A stretch of DNA of 64,000 nt from Candidatus Latescibacterota bacterium. GTDB lineage: Bacteria > Latescibacterota > UBA2968 > GCA-2709665. Positions 37,428-45,879 of this stretch are shown here, piece after piece (position 1 is the first letter of the stretch; each line of letters begins with the position of its first letter). The stretch covers positions 192,001-256,000 of the forward strand of contig OZ252100.1 in assembly GCA_965248435.1 (NCBI GenBank), written 5' to 3'. The notes beneath the pieces are model-generated. The model saw only the letters and a program-made list of their open reading frames with translations. It ran no database searches and was not told the origin of the DNA. The position numbers and the translations under genes are program-made.

Positions 37428-37520
37428 GCCCAACCTCCTTGTGGGGGGCCTTAGACTACCAGTGTGTGCATCCGTGCTCAGGTCGTCAGTGTATCAAGTG
37501 ATACCAGTTCGTTTGTTTTA

Positions 37521-37548
37521 CTATCGGTCTATCCCTCTTAGTCCTTTA
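37521..37548 (-). promoter_or_regulatory. Sigma-28 (FliA) promoter of flagellin 1
   Basis: TAAA-N16-ACCGATAG on the minus strand; the leader holds a GCA-CGGA-TGC CsrA-type hairpin (37468-37477). Confidence 0.75.
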
Positions 37549-37637
37549 GCAGAATTTTACTTTACGTCGGAGCTTGAATTGGCTACTCTTTTGGTATAGT
37601 CCTCGAATCTCCAAATTTATGATGGATCTAATATAAT

Positions 37638-38768
37638 ATGGCCGATTCAATGGATTTGCCGCTTGCAAAGGGAGCCTCCTTAGAAGAGATTCTGGATGAG
37701 TTCACCATAGAATCAGCCTCCGGGGATCTCTGGGCGGGCCTCTCTGGGGACCGGATCAAGTGCTACGCCTGCGGTCATCGATGCAACATACCCCCGGGAC
37801 GCAGGGGAATCTGCAAGGTTCGTTTCAACCGGGATGGCAAATTGCGGGTCCCGTGGGGATATGTTGGCGGTTTCCAATGTGACCCAACGGAGAAAAAGCC
37901 CTTTTTCCACGTCCATCCAGGGTCTAACACTTTGACTTTTGGTATGTTAGGCTGTGATCTGCACTGTTCTTATTGCCAGAATTGGCTGACTTCGCAGGCG
38001 CTCAGGGATTCCGCTGCCGTCTCTGCCCCACGTGAAATCTCTGCAGAAACGCTGATTTCAAAGGGGGTCCGGCTTGACCCCGTAATGGTGGCCAGCTCCT
38101 ACAACGAGCCGTTGATCACATCCGAATGGGCGGTTGAGGTCTTCAGGCACGCAAGAACGGCAGGCATCAAAACGGCCTTCGTGTCGAATGGAAACGCCAC
38201 GCCCGAGGTCCTGGACTACCTCAGACCCTGGACCGATTGCTACAAAATCGACCTCAAGACGATGTCGGATCGCAACTACAGAAAGCTGGGCGGTGTTCTT
38301 AAGAACGTGCTGGACACGATCAAGATGGTTTATGAGCGAGGGTTTTGGATGGAGATCGTAACCCTCCTCGTACCGGATTGGAACAGCTCTGAAGCGGAAT
38401 TGCGAGACGCGGCGCAGTTTCTCGGATCGATTTCTCCGGAGATTCCCTGGCACGTCACCGCCTTTCATAAGGATTACAAGATGACGGAGCCGGATAATGC
38501 ATCAGCCAAACTCCTTGTCCGGGCGGCCGAAATCGGGAAGGAGGCCGGTCTCAGCTATGTCTATGCGGGCAACCTTCCAGGGCAGGTTGGGGCATTTGAG
38601 AACACCTGGTGTCCGGGTTGCGATGGGCTTCTCGTCCAGCGAACCGGATTTTCGGTCGGACAGGTCAGGATCGGGGAGGATGGGTGCTGCCCGGACTGCG
38701 GCCGAATCACACCTGGGTTCTGGGGCAGGGTTGAGCGGAAGGGAGACGGATCTGTAAGGGCGCTTTGA
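37638..38768 (+). CDS. amrS: AmmeMemoRadiSam system radical SAM enzyme
   Basis: CYACGHRC..GICKVR, DPTEKKPFFH, GCDLHCSYCQNW, SYNEP, IPWHVTAFH..Y, YVYAGN..TWCPGC. Confidence 0.88.
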   Translation: MADSMDLPLAKGASLEEILDEFTIESASGDLWAGLSGDRIKCYACGHRCNIPPGRRGICKVRFNRDGKLRVPWGYVGGFQCDPTEKKPFFHVHPGSNTLTFGMLGCDLHCSYCQNWLTSQALRDSAAVSAPREISAETLISKGVRLDPVMVASSYNEPLITSEWAVEVFRHARTAGIKTAFVSNGNATPEVLDYLRPWTDCYKIDLKTMSDRNYRKLGGVLKNVLDTIKMVYERGFWMEIVTLLVPDWNSSEAELRDAAQFLGSISPEIPWHVTAFHKDYKMTEPDNASAKLLVRAAEIGKEAGLSYVYAGNLPGQVGAFENTWCPGCDGLLVQRTGFSVGQVRIGEDGCCPDCGRITPGFWGRVERKGDGSVRAL

Positions 38769-38792
38769 GCCAACACCTTCCATATAAAGAAT

Positions 38793-38837
38793 AAGGAAGG
38801 GGGCCTCATCATCACCAAGAGGCCCCCTTCCCTTTTT
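38793..38837. terminator. Terminator between convergent genes
   Basis: GGAAGGGGGCCTC..GAGGCCCCCTTCC followed by CTTTTT. Confidence 0.8.
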
Positions 38838-38854
38838 CCTGAGATGTTTCTTCT

Positions 38855-39682
38855 TTAGCCTGCAGATGTTTCATTCAATGCGTCGACCGCTCCCTGCAAG
38901 AAATCGTGTGCCTGAACGGCGAGTTCGTCGATTTCCTCTTCGCCCCTGGACTGGGTCCCATGAAGCCTTTCGACCATCACGGGACCTGAAAATCGGTTCA
39001 TTTTGAGAAGCCGGAGGATTCTGACGAAATCAACGCTCCCCTGGCCTGGAACAGGGAAGTCTTCCTCCCCCTTCTGGCCACGATGATCGGTGGCACACAG
39101 GGCCCCGAGATGTGGAAGCACGTGAAGGATGTCCACTTCGGGGCTCAGACCCTGTAAGAACCGCACCGTTCCTGGGTCATAGCAGGATTCCATCCAGCGA
39201 GAACCGACCTTGCTCAGCGTAGCCCTCAGAACGGGTCCGTGCGCCGTGTTCCCGGTGTGAGATTTGAGCAAGATCTTGACATTGTTCTCCTCCGCATAGG
39301 GAAGAATTTGAGACATCCGGCTAAGGAATTGTGCCTCCAGGGAGGCTGCTTCCTCCGGATCACTCTCTGTCGGGGTCCCATCCGTCAACAAAAGCCCAAT
39401 TTCCAGCAGCTGGGCCTGATCTATCCTTTTCTTGAAGTCTTCTACGCCTGTCTCCCCTGTCCAGTTCGCATACAAGATGACGGGCTTGAGCGAAAGGGCG
39501 TCCAGCTTGATCTGGATCTCCCTGGCGCCGTCCTGGCCTCCCCCCAAGGACTGAAACTCGTCCCCTTCGTTGCTAGAACCCAGACCCACGTATTCGAAGC
39601 CGGCTGACTTGATCCCATCAAGGGCGCGGTCGATCCCGAACGAAGCCCAGGGCGAGGTAAAACAACCGATTTTCCAATCCAT
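38855..39682 (-). CDS. Sugar phosphate isomerase/epimerase (AP endonuclease 2 TIM barrel) family protein
   Basis: ALDGIKSAGFEYV, YDPG, PGQGSVDF..L....FSGPVMVE; some metal ligands look substituted. Confidence 0.8.
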   Translation of the reverse strand: MDWKIGCFTSPWASFGIDRALDGIKSAGFEYVGLGSSNEGDEFQSLGGGQDGAREIQIKLDALSLKPVILYANWTGETGVEDFKKRIDQAQLLEIGLLLTDGTPTESDPEEAASLEAQFLSRMSQILPYAEENNVKILLKSHTGNTAHGPVLRATLSKVGSRWMESCYDPGTVRFLQGLSPEVDILHVLPHLGALCATDHRGQKGEEDFPVPGQGSVDFVRILRLLKMNRFSGPVMVERLHGTQSRGEEEIDELAVQAHDFLQGAVDALNETSAG

Positions 39683-39791
39683 CTCAAATGTTCCCACCTG
39701 AAAGGTGTCGTACTCTCAACAGAAGTGACGAAGTATAATCCGCCCGGGGGTAATTGTCAAGGAGCGCTTGGCAGAATTTTCGAGATAGTGT

Positions 39792-39819
39792 TCAAGAATC
39801 GCTCAAGCGCCGCCGATAT
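39792..39819 (+). promoter_or_regulatory. Sigma-28 promoter of flagellin 2
   Basis: TCAA-N16-GCCGATAT; CAC-CCGGAT-GTG CsrA-type motif at 39839-39850. Confidence 0.75.
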
Positions 39820-39899
39820 ACCTCGTATGCCCGGTAAACACCCGGATGTGGGAGTCCGGGTTAAGATCGGGAACACCACTTACTTGCCAGTTGTGACAC

Positions 39900-41090
39900 A
39901 TGCCAATCCGTATCAACAACAACATTCCTGCGATTAACTCGCAGCGAATCCTGAATATCACAAACCGGGATGTCAAACTCCGCGTGGAGCGACTCTCCTC
40001 CGGTTTGAGGGTCAACCGAGCGGCAGATGACGCAGCCGGTTTAAGCGTATCAGAAGGACTGCGTGGAGAAATCAGTGGATTTGCTCAGGGCATCAGAAAC
40101 TCTGAACAGGCCATTGACCTGGTGCAGACTGCCGAGGGCGCTCTCAGCGAGATGAGCGCCATCATACTCAGGATGCGTGAACTAGCGGTGCAATCTGCCT
40201 CGTCTACAGTGAATGACCAGAATCGGGAAGCGATCAACGCGGAATTTGCCCAGCTGGTAACCGAAATCGACCGGATCGCTCAGGTGACGAGCTACAACAA
40301 TACCGCTTTGCTGGCTGGGTTCGGAAATACGGTCGATGAAGCTACTTCTTCGGCGGTCACATCCAGTGCAACGACAGGCGTGGCCGATATTCAGATCAGT
40401 GGTGCGGGGGTTGGGAATTACACGTTCATAGATTCTTCTACGGGCGACAACGAAATCACATTGGGTAACGGGGTTGCATCTCAAACAATCGATGTCGGAC
40501 GAGCCCTGGACAACGATGGAGTTAGCGGCGTGGTGGCATCGGGCAGCGCAATCATCGCCAACTTCGACCGCCTCGGAATCCAGTTGACGTTAAGTGGGCA
40601 GCGCGCTGCTCAGGGTGTGACCCCGGCAACCGACGGATATCGCGATGGAGACCTGGATTCGGAAACCCTGGTTGTCAGCCAGGGCGCAGGCGGCGCCTTC
40701 CAGGTAGGGCCCGACGATACAGCGGTGCACCGGTTGCAGCTCAGCATATCAAGTATGCGTACATCTGACACGACTCTGAACCTGAGTGGATTATCGATAT
40801 CGTCACGCGCCTCTGCTCAAGGCGCCATCGGCTCGATCGATAACTCCATCAACCAGCTCAGCCGCACACGGGGTGACCTTGGGGCTATTCAGAATCGCCT
40901 CTCGACAAACATCAAGGCCAACGGGGTGATGCTGGAAAACGACCAGACTTCAGAATCGACGATTCGAGATGCAGACATTGCAGAGGAGGTTACTTCGTTC
41001 GCGCGAGGCCAGATTCTCATCCAGTCGGGTCTTGCAGCCTTCGCGCAGGCCAATATCACAGCCGCAACGGGTTTATCACTGCTCTCATAA
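39900..41090 (+). CDS. fliC: Flagellin (paralog 2)
   Basis: RINNNIPAINSQR, ERLSSGLRVNRAADDAAGL, RGDLGAIQNRL, ESTIRDADIAEE; central domain clearly homologous to paralog 1. Confidence 0.93.
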   Translation: MPIRINNNIPAINSQRILNITNRDVKLRVERLSSGLRVNRAADDAAGLSVSEGLRGEISGFAQGIRNSEQAIDLVQTAEGALSEMSAIILRMRELAVQSASSTVNDQNREAINAEFAQLVTEIDRIAQVTSYNNTALLAGFGNTVDEATSSAVTSSATTGVADIQISGAGVGNYTFIDSSTGDNEITLGNGVASQTIDVGRALDNDGVSGVVASGSAIIANFDRLGIQLTLSGQRAAQGVTPATDGYRDGDLDSETLVVSQGAGGAFQVGPDDTAVHRLQLSISSMRTSDTTLNLSGLSISSRASAQGAIGSIDNSINQLSRTRGDLGAIQNRLSTNIKANGVMLENDQTSESTIRDADIAEEVTSFARGQILIQSGLAAFAQANITAATGLSLLS

Positions 41091-41163
41091 GCGCGTTTTC
41101 GATTGTCGGTAGAGATGGTTGGAATCAGGGATGAAACGACCGCCATCTTTTGATTGCCGCCCG

Positions 41164-41188
41164 AGCCCCAAGGAAGGGGCTTTTTTAT
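41164..41188 (+). terminator. Terminator downstream of flagellin 2
   Basis: AGCCCC-AAGGAA-GGGGCT followed by TTTTT. Confidence 0.75.
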
Positions 41189-41265
41189 TGCCACTTGACA
41201 CACCTCGGACATGCTGCATATTCTTAGCAGGAGATGAGGGTCTTCAAATTCCGTGGAGGGCGGAC

Positions 41266-41490
41266 ATGGTCCAGCAAATACGTGTGAAGTTCGGAACAAC
41301 GGTAGAGGAGTTGAAGAAACAGATTCTGAATCTGTCCGAGCAGTGTGGTTGGGATAAATCGCGGGTCCGCTTCGTTATCGACATGGACTCGTGTACTGTA
41401 AAAGAAACCGCCTATGCCGTCTCAGACAGTTCTTCAGAGCTTCCTCTCCATCCGGGCGGGCCGGACGCTGTTCAAAGCCTGGCGTCCTGA
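41266..41490 (+). CDS. Small hypothetical protein
   Basis: GGAGG RBS, ATG 41266, 74 aa (MVQQIRVKFGTTVEELKKQI...); TTGACA upstream at 41195. Confidence 0.6.
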   Translation: MVQQIRVKFGTTVEELKKQILNLSEQCGWDKSRVRFVIDMDSCTVKETAYAVSDSSSELPLHPGGPDAVQSLAS

Positions 41491-41500
41491 ATCATTTTGC

Positions 41501-41527
41501 TAAACCGCCCTATCATTCTGCCGATAA
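41501..41527 (+). promoter_or_regulatory. Consensus sigma-28 promoter with no downstream ORF
   Basis: TAAA-N15-GCCGATAA, an exact FliA consensus. Confidence 0.8.
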
Positions 41528-41532
41528 AATAA

Positions 41533-41602
41533 CTGGCAAGTGTGTGTCGGTGTTTCTATTTCCCCGAGCGTCGATCTCCCAAGGATCGGCGCTTTATTTT
41601 TT
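41533..41602 (+). ncRNA. Candidate sigma-28-dependent sRNA antisense to the flagellin-2 5' UTR
   Basis: Lies between a sigma-28 promoter and the terminator AGCGTCGATC/GATCGGCGCT-TTATTTTTT; 5' part is complementary to 39869-39894. Confidence 0.6.
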
Positions 41603-41614
41603 CTCTCTGTCCGC

Positions 41615-42763
41615 CTACCAATTCGTGAAGGATCCGTCCTCCCGAAACCAGTGCGGGCCCTCCCAGAACTCGAAGGACTCCTTTGCCATATCCTCATTGA
41701 ACTCCACGCCGAGTCCGGGGCCTTCCGGCAAGGGATAAGAACTGCCTTTCAGCCGATGCTGCACCGGGAAGAAGTCATCACCGAACGTAAATTCGTGCTT
41801 CCGGTCTTCAAGCCAGGCGAAGTTGGCGACTGCTGCGCCAAAGTGGATGTGTGCTGCTGTGCTGATCGGTCCAAGGGGATTGTGCGGCATCATATCAATG
41901 TAATGGGCCTCGCTCCAGCCGGCGACCTTCATTCCCTCTGTAAATCCCCCGACGTTGCAGATGTCGATTCTCGCGAAATTGGTCAGCCCCTTCTCGATGT
42001 AGGGCAAGAAGGCCCATTTGCTCGAAAACTCCTCCCCTATCGCCATGGGCGTCCGGGTCATTTGACGCAACGTCGCATAGGCATCCGGAGTTTCGCAACG
42101 AATCGGTTCTTCCAGAAAGTCGAGTGTCCCCTCTGGCATCCGCTGACAGAATGAGGCGGCCTCGGCGACACTCAATCGGTGGTGATAGTCGATTCCGAGC
42201 ACAGGAGCCAACCCCACTTCCTCCCGGACGGCAGCCATCCATTCCGCGGATAGAGCGATGGACTCGCGGGGCTCGAAGCGGTTTTCGTTGTCCTGCGCTC
42301 CGGGGTGCGCAGGCATGAAGCGAATCACGCTCCAGCCTTCCTTGATCAGATCCACTGCCTCTTTGATCACTTCGGGGCCTTCAAGGGGTTTATCGGAGGT
42401 TACAAAGCATGGCACGGCGTGGCGCTGGGCACCGCCAAGCAGTTGATAGACTGGCACATCCAGCTTCCTGGCAACCAGGTCGTGCAGGGCGATGTCGATC
42501 GCGGAAATGGCTCCAGTCAGGATCCGGCCCCCTTCGAAATACTGGCCCCGGTAGAGTTCCTGCCAGAGGGCCCCTATGCGCATCGGATCCTTGCCAAGCA
42601 GAAATTCTCTGAAATGTTTGACTGCTCCGGCCACTGCCAGTTCTCTGCCAGACACCCCGGCTTCTCCCCACCCGTAGTAGCCTTCATCCGTTTCCACCTT
42701 CAAAACAAACTGATTTCTCTTACCCACCCATACGGGATATGACTTGATCTCTGTGATCTTCAT
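41615..42763 (-). CDS. Mandelate racemase/muconate lactonizing enzyme family (acid-sugar dehydratase-like)
   Basis: KVETDEGYYGWGE, AISAIDIALHD, DYHHRL, FLEEPI, AIGEEF, MPHNPLGP. Confidence 0.92.
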   Translation of the reverse strand: MKITEIKSYPVWVGKRNQFVLKVETDEGYYGWGEAGVSGRELAVAGAVKHFREFLLGKDPMRIGALWQELYRGQYFEGGRILTGAISAIDIALHDLVARKLDVPVYQLLGGAQRHAVPCFVTSDKPLEGPEVIKEAVDLIKEGWSVIRFMPAHPGAQDNENRFEPRESIALSAEWMAAVREEVGLAPVLGIDYHHRLSVAEAASFCQRMPEGTLDFLEEPIRCETPDAYATLRQMTRTPMAIGEEFSSKWAFLPYIEKGLTNFARIDICNVGGFTEGMKVAGWSEAHYIDMMPHNPLGPISTAAHIHFGAAVANFAWLEDRKHEFTFGDDFFPVQHRLKGSSYPLPEGPGLGVEFNEDMAKESFEFWEGPHWFREDGSFTNW

Positions 42764-42801
42764 TTCTCCTCCTCGCGTTCGCGTCTTTTAAGTTGACGAG
42801 C

Positions 42802-43944
42802 TCACCAGTTTGTGTATGTGCCATCCCGCCGATGCCAGTGAGTGAGCTCCCAGAACTCGTAGGATTGTTTCTGGGCCTCCTCTTCGTTGAATTCTACACC
42901 GAGCCCGGCCCCCTTGGGCAACGGGAATTCCGTTCCTGCCAGCTCGGGCTGGACGGGAAAGAGTTTACGATCGAATTTGCGAGCGAAGGTCTCGAGCCAG
43001 GCAAAGTTGGGGACAGCGGCGCCAAAGTGGATGCCCGCAGCTGTGCTGATCGGTCCCAGCGGGTTGTGGGGCATCATATTTATGTAGTGGGCTTCGCTCC
43101 ATCCGGCCACCTTCATCGCCTCCGTAAATCCTCCGACGTTGCAGATGTCTACCCTTGCGAAGTTTGTCAAACCTTTCTCGATGTAGGGTAAGAAAGCCCA
43201 TTTGCTCGAAAACTCCTCCCCTATCGCCATTGGAAGCTCGGTCATTTGACGCAAGGCAGCGTAGGCATCTGGGGTCTCACAACGGATCGGCTCTTCAAGA
43301 AAGTCTATCGTCCCGGCGGGGAGTCGCTGACAGAAGGAGGCGGCCTCGGCAACATTCAACCGATGGTGGTAGTCGATTCCAAGCACGACGGACGGCCCGA
43401 TCTCCTCACGAACCGCCACAGCCCACTCCGCAATCAGGGCGATCGATTCCCTGGGCTCGAACAGTCCGCTGCCCTCCACGTAGTCCCGGGGCTCCGTGGT
43501 GTATCGGATGATGTTCCACCCCTCCTGGATGAGACGTTTGGTATCGCTTACTGCTTCTGGACCATTCAGAGGCTTCGACGTGATGAAGCAAGGCACAGAA
43601 TCACGCTGGGCTCCACCCAGAAGTTGGTAAACCGGAACATCCAATTTCTTCGCGACAAGGTCGTGAAGCGCAATATCGATCGCAGAAATGGCCCCAGTCA
43701 GGATTCGGCCGCCCTCGAAGTACTGGCCCCGGTATAACTCCTGACAGAGGGCCCCTATGCGCATCGGATCCTTCCCGATGAGAAATTCTCTGAAGTGCTT
43801 GACGGCGCCCACTACACCCAGCTCACGGCTGCATACACCGGCCTCGCCCCAGCCATAATATCCCTCATCCGTCTCCACTTTCAGGACAAGCTGGTTCTGG
43901 TCGCCAACGCGAACGGGATAGGTCTTCACGTCCGTAATTTTCAT
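42802..43944 (-). CDS. Mandelate racemase/muconate lactonizing enzyme family, tandem paralog
   Basis: Same motifs, with long stretches identical to 41615-42763. Confidence 0.92.
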   Translation of the reverse strand: MKITDVKTYPVRVGDQNQLVLKVETDEGYYGWGEAGVCSRELGVVGAVKHFREFLIGKDPMRIGALCQELYRGQYFEGGRILTGAISAIDIALHDLVAKKLDVPVYQLLGGAQRDSVPCFITSKPLNGPEAVSDTKRLIQEGWNIIRYTTEPRDYVEGSGLFEPRESIALIAEWAVAVREEIGPSVVLGIDYHHRLNVAEAASFCQRLPAGTIDFLEEPIRCETPDAYAALRQMTELPMAIGEEFSSKWAFLPYIEKGLTNFARVDICNVGGFTEAMKVAGWSEAHYINMMPHNPLGPISTAAGIHFGAAVPNFAWLETFARKFDRKLFPVQPELAGTEFPLPKGAGLGVEFNEEEAQKQSYEFWELTHWHRRDGTYTNW

Positions 43945-44120
43945 GTCTCCCCCAATTTCTGGCCTTTCGGTTTGTCAGAAGAATAACACGGGGGGGCCGG
44001 GAACAGAAATGGAATCATCTTGCCCTTGGTGCAAGGCTCGTACACTCAAAAATAGAAAAAGAGCCACATCATTCTCGATGTGGCCCGGTCCTGGAGAGAT
44101 GGGATCGTGAATCTCCCCCT

Positions 44121-44558
44121 CTAACTCCCTTTGTCTTGACCTGTCTTGCTGAAAATTCGTGTATCTGCCCCATAACGGCCTGAGCCGCATAGAAAGATAC
44201 AGAGGGCAGCCGACAAATACACAAGCGCCAGTTCCTTTTCACGAAGGGGGTCGTGCAGGTGCTGACCGAATGCTGCGACAGACATCGTGCACAGGATAAA
44301 GAAAGAAGCCGGGCGAGTGGCCAGGCCGAGGATGAGTAAGATGCCGCCGACAAATTCGGAAAGACCGGCGGCCCAGGCGAAGACTTCTGGCAAGGGGAAT
44401 CCCAGATTCGCCACACCCTCGATAAACCCTGGCATGCGGCCTCCTAAAACCTTTCCAAAACCGTGATATGCCATTCCCGATCCGAAGGTAACACGCAGGA
44501 TCAGCAGTCCCCCATCGATCCAGCGCACCTCGGTCAGCCAGTAACTGATTCGCTTCAT
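44121..44558 (-). CDS. DoxX family membrane protein
   Basis: LLILRVTFG..MAYHGFGK, EFVGGILLILGLATRPA, GSGRYGAD. Confidence 0.9.
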   Translation of the reverse strand: MKRISYWLTEVRWIDGGLLILRVTFGSGMAYHGFGKVLGGRMPGFIEGVANLGFPLPEVFAWAAGLSEFVGGILLILGLATRPASFFILCTMSVAAFGQHLHDPLREKELALVYLSAALCIFLCGSGRYGADTRIFSKTGQDKGS

Positions 44559-44609
44559 CCCGGTCCTCTCGTGTCGTAATCGTGAATCGGCCTACCGAAG
44601 TTCAGTAAG

Positions 44610-45818
44610 TCACTCTGGCCGAACGACAAGAACCCGGTCGTCGTTGGCGGCAGGAACCCCGCGGCCGTCACGGTTGCTCGTCGCCAGGTAGACTTCGCCT
44701 TCGGGGCCCACAAGGACGTCCCGCAGGCGACCGAATTCGTCTTGAAAGTGGATCTCCTCCGCCTGGACAGCCGTTCCGTCATCGGAAAGCCGCAGCTGGA
44801 TCAACGCGGCGAACTTCAAGGTGGTAAAAAGCAGGCTGCCATTCCAGGCCGAAATCAGGTCGGAATCGTAGAAATCCGCCCCGGAAGGCGCGATGGTGGG
44901 TGTCCAGGCTGCTATCGGTTCGGCAACATTGTTCTCCGCGCAAAAGGTTTGTTCATTCAGTCCGGAGACGTCGTTATCGCAAAAGCCGTGGACATCTGGC
45001 CAGCCATAATTCCGACCGATCTCTACTATGTTGACCTCGTCATTGTCACGGGGACCGTGCTCGGTGATATAAGGCATTCGGGTTTCTGGATGGAAGACGA
45101 GACCCTGAGGATTGCGATGACCGTAAGAGAATATGAGCGAACCGAAAGGATTGTCAAATGCAGGGGTCCCATCCAGATTGAGACGGAGCACCTTGCCGGC
45201 CAACGAGGAAAGATTCTGGGCAAGCGCGGCCTCGCTCGCGTCGCCTGTCGTCATGTAGAGCAAACCATCCGGGCCGACGGCGAGCCTGGAACCATCGTGA
45301 TTGGAAGCACCGGGGATGTCCTCGAGAAGGGTCTCGGGGTTGGAAAGACTGACACCATTATAGGTCATCCGGATCAGTCGATTTCGGATTCCGCTCCCGC
45401 TCTGATAGGAATATGCCAGATAAACAAAGGGCTGCGAACCAAATTCGGGATGAAAGGCCATGCCCATCAGACCGCTTTCGCTCAGTTCGAAGGCATCGAC
45501 TTGCCCGACTTGTGTCCTCTCACCATTGGCGGGATCAATCCTGGAAATGGCCCCTTTCCGTTCTGTTACCCAGACCATCTGGTCCGGCCCCCAGGCAAGA
45601 TCCCAGGGGGTATCCAGTCCGGAACTCAGCGTCGATACGCTCAAGGACTGGGGTGTCTGCGGAGGGGCCTCCTCACCTTCGGTCGAGTCGCCTGAATCGC
45701 TCGAGGATCCACCGGGCCCCAATGGATCAGTCGGGACGTTCCCACATCCCGAAGGGAGCCCAAGCAGCAATGAAAGCACCCAGATTATTGATCTGACATT
45801 CGTGATTAGGCTCTTCAT
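44610..45818 (-). CDS. PQQ-dependent sugar dehydrogenase (GSDH family), probable lipoprotein
   Basis: Lipobox-like LPSGC, LDTPWDLAW, GLMGMAFHPEF, HDGSRL..GPDG.LY.TTGD, SYGHRNPQGL, GRLRDV. Confidence 0.9.
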   Translation of the reverse strand: MKSLITNVRSIIWVLSLLLGLPSGCGNVPTDPLGPGGSSSDSGDSTEGEEAPPQTPQSLSVSTLSSGLDTPWDLAWGPDQMVWVTERKGAISRIDPANGERTQVGQVDAFELSESGLMGMAFHPEFGSQPFVYLAYSYQSGSGIRNRLIRMTYNGVSLSNPETLLEDIPGASNHDGSRLAVGPDGLLYMTTGDASEAALAQNLSSLAGKVLRLNLDGTPAFDNPFGSLIFSYGHRNPQGLVFHPETRMPYITEHGPRDNDEVNIVEIGRNYGWPDVHGFCDNDVSGLNEQTFCAENNVAEPIAAWTPTIAPSGADFYDSDLISAWNGSLLFTTLKFAALIQLRLSDDGTAVQAEEIHFQDEFGRLRDVLVGPEGEVYLATSNRDGRGVPAANDDRVLVVRPE

Positions 45819-45879
45819 GGCTACTTTCAGATACGACTGTCCTGCCCAGAAGTTGCGGAAGAAATCGTAGCCTAGGGAA

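Noticed and set aside
37638-39682. amrS and the isomerase as flagellin-modifying enzymes
   Set aside because: Nothing beyond adjacency supports it; neither has a visible sigma-28 promoter, and both families are commonly scattered.
41540-42154. 204-aa plus-strand ORF behind the sigma-28 promoter
   Set aside because: It runs through the terminator, is antisense to the enolase-family gene, and has no RBS.
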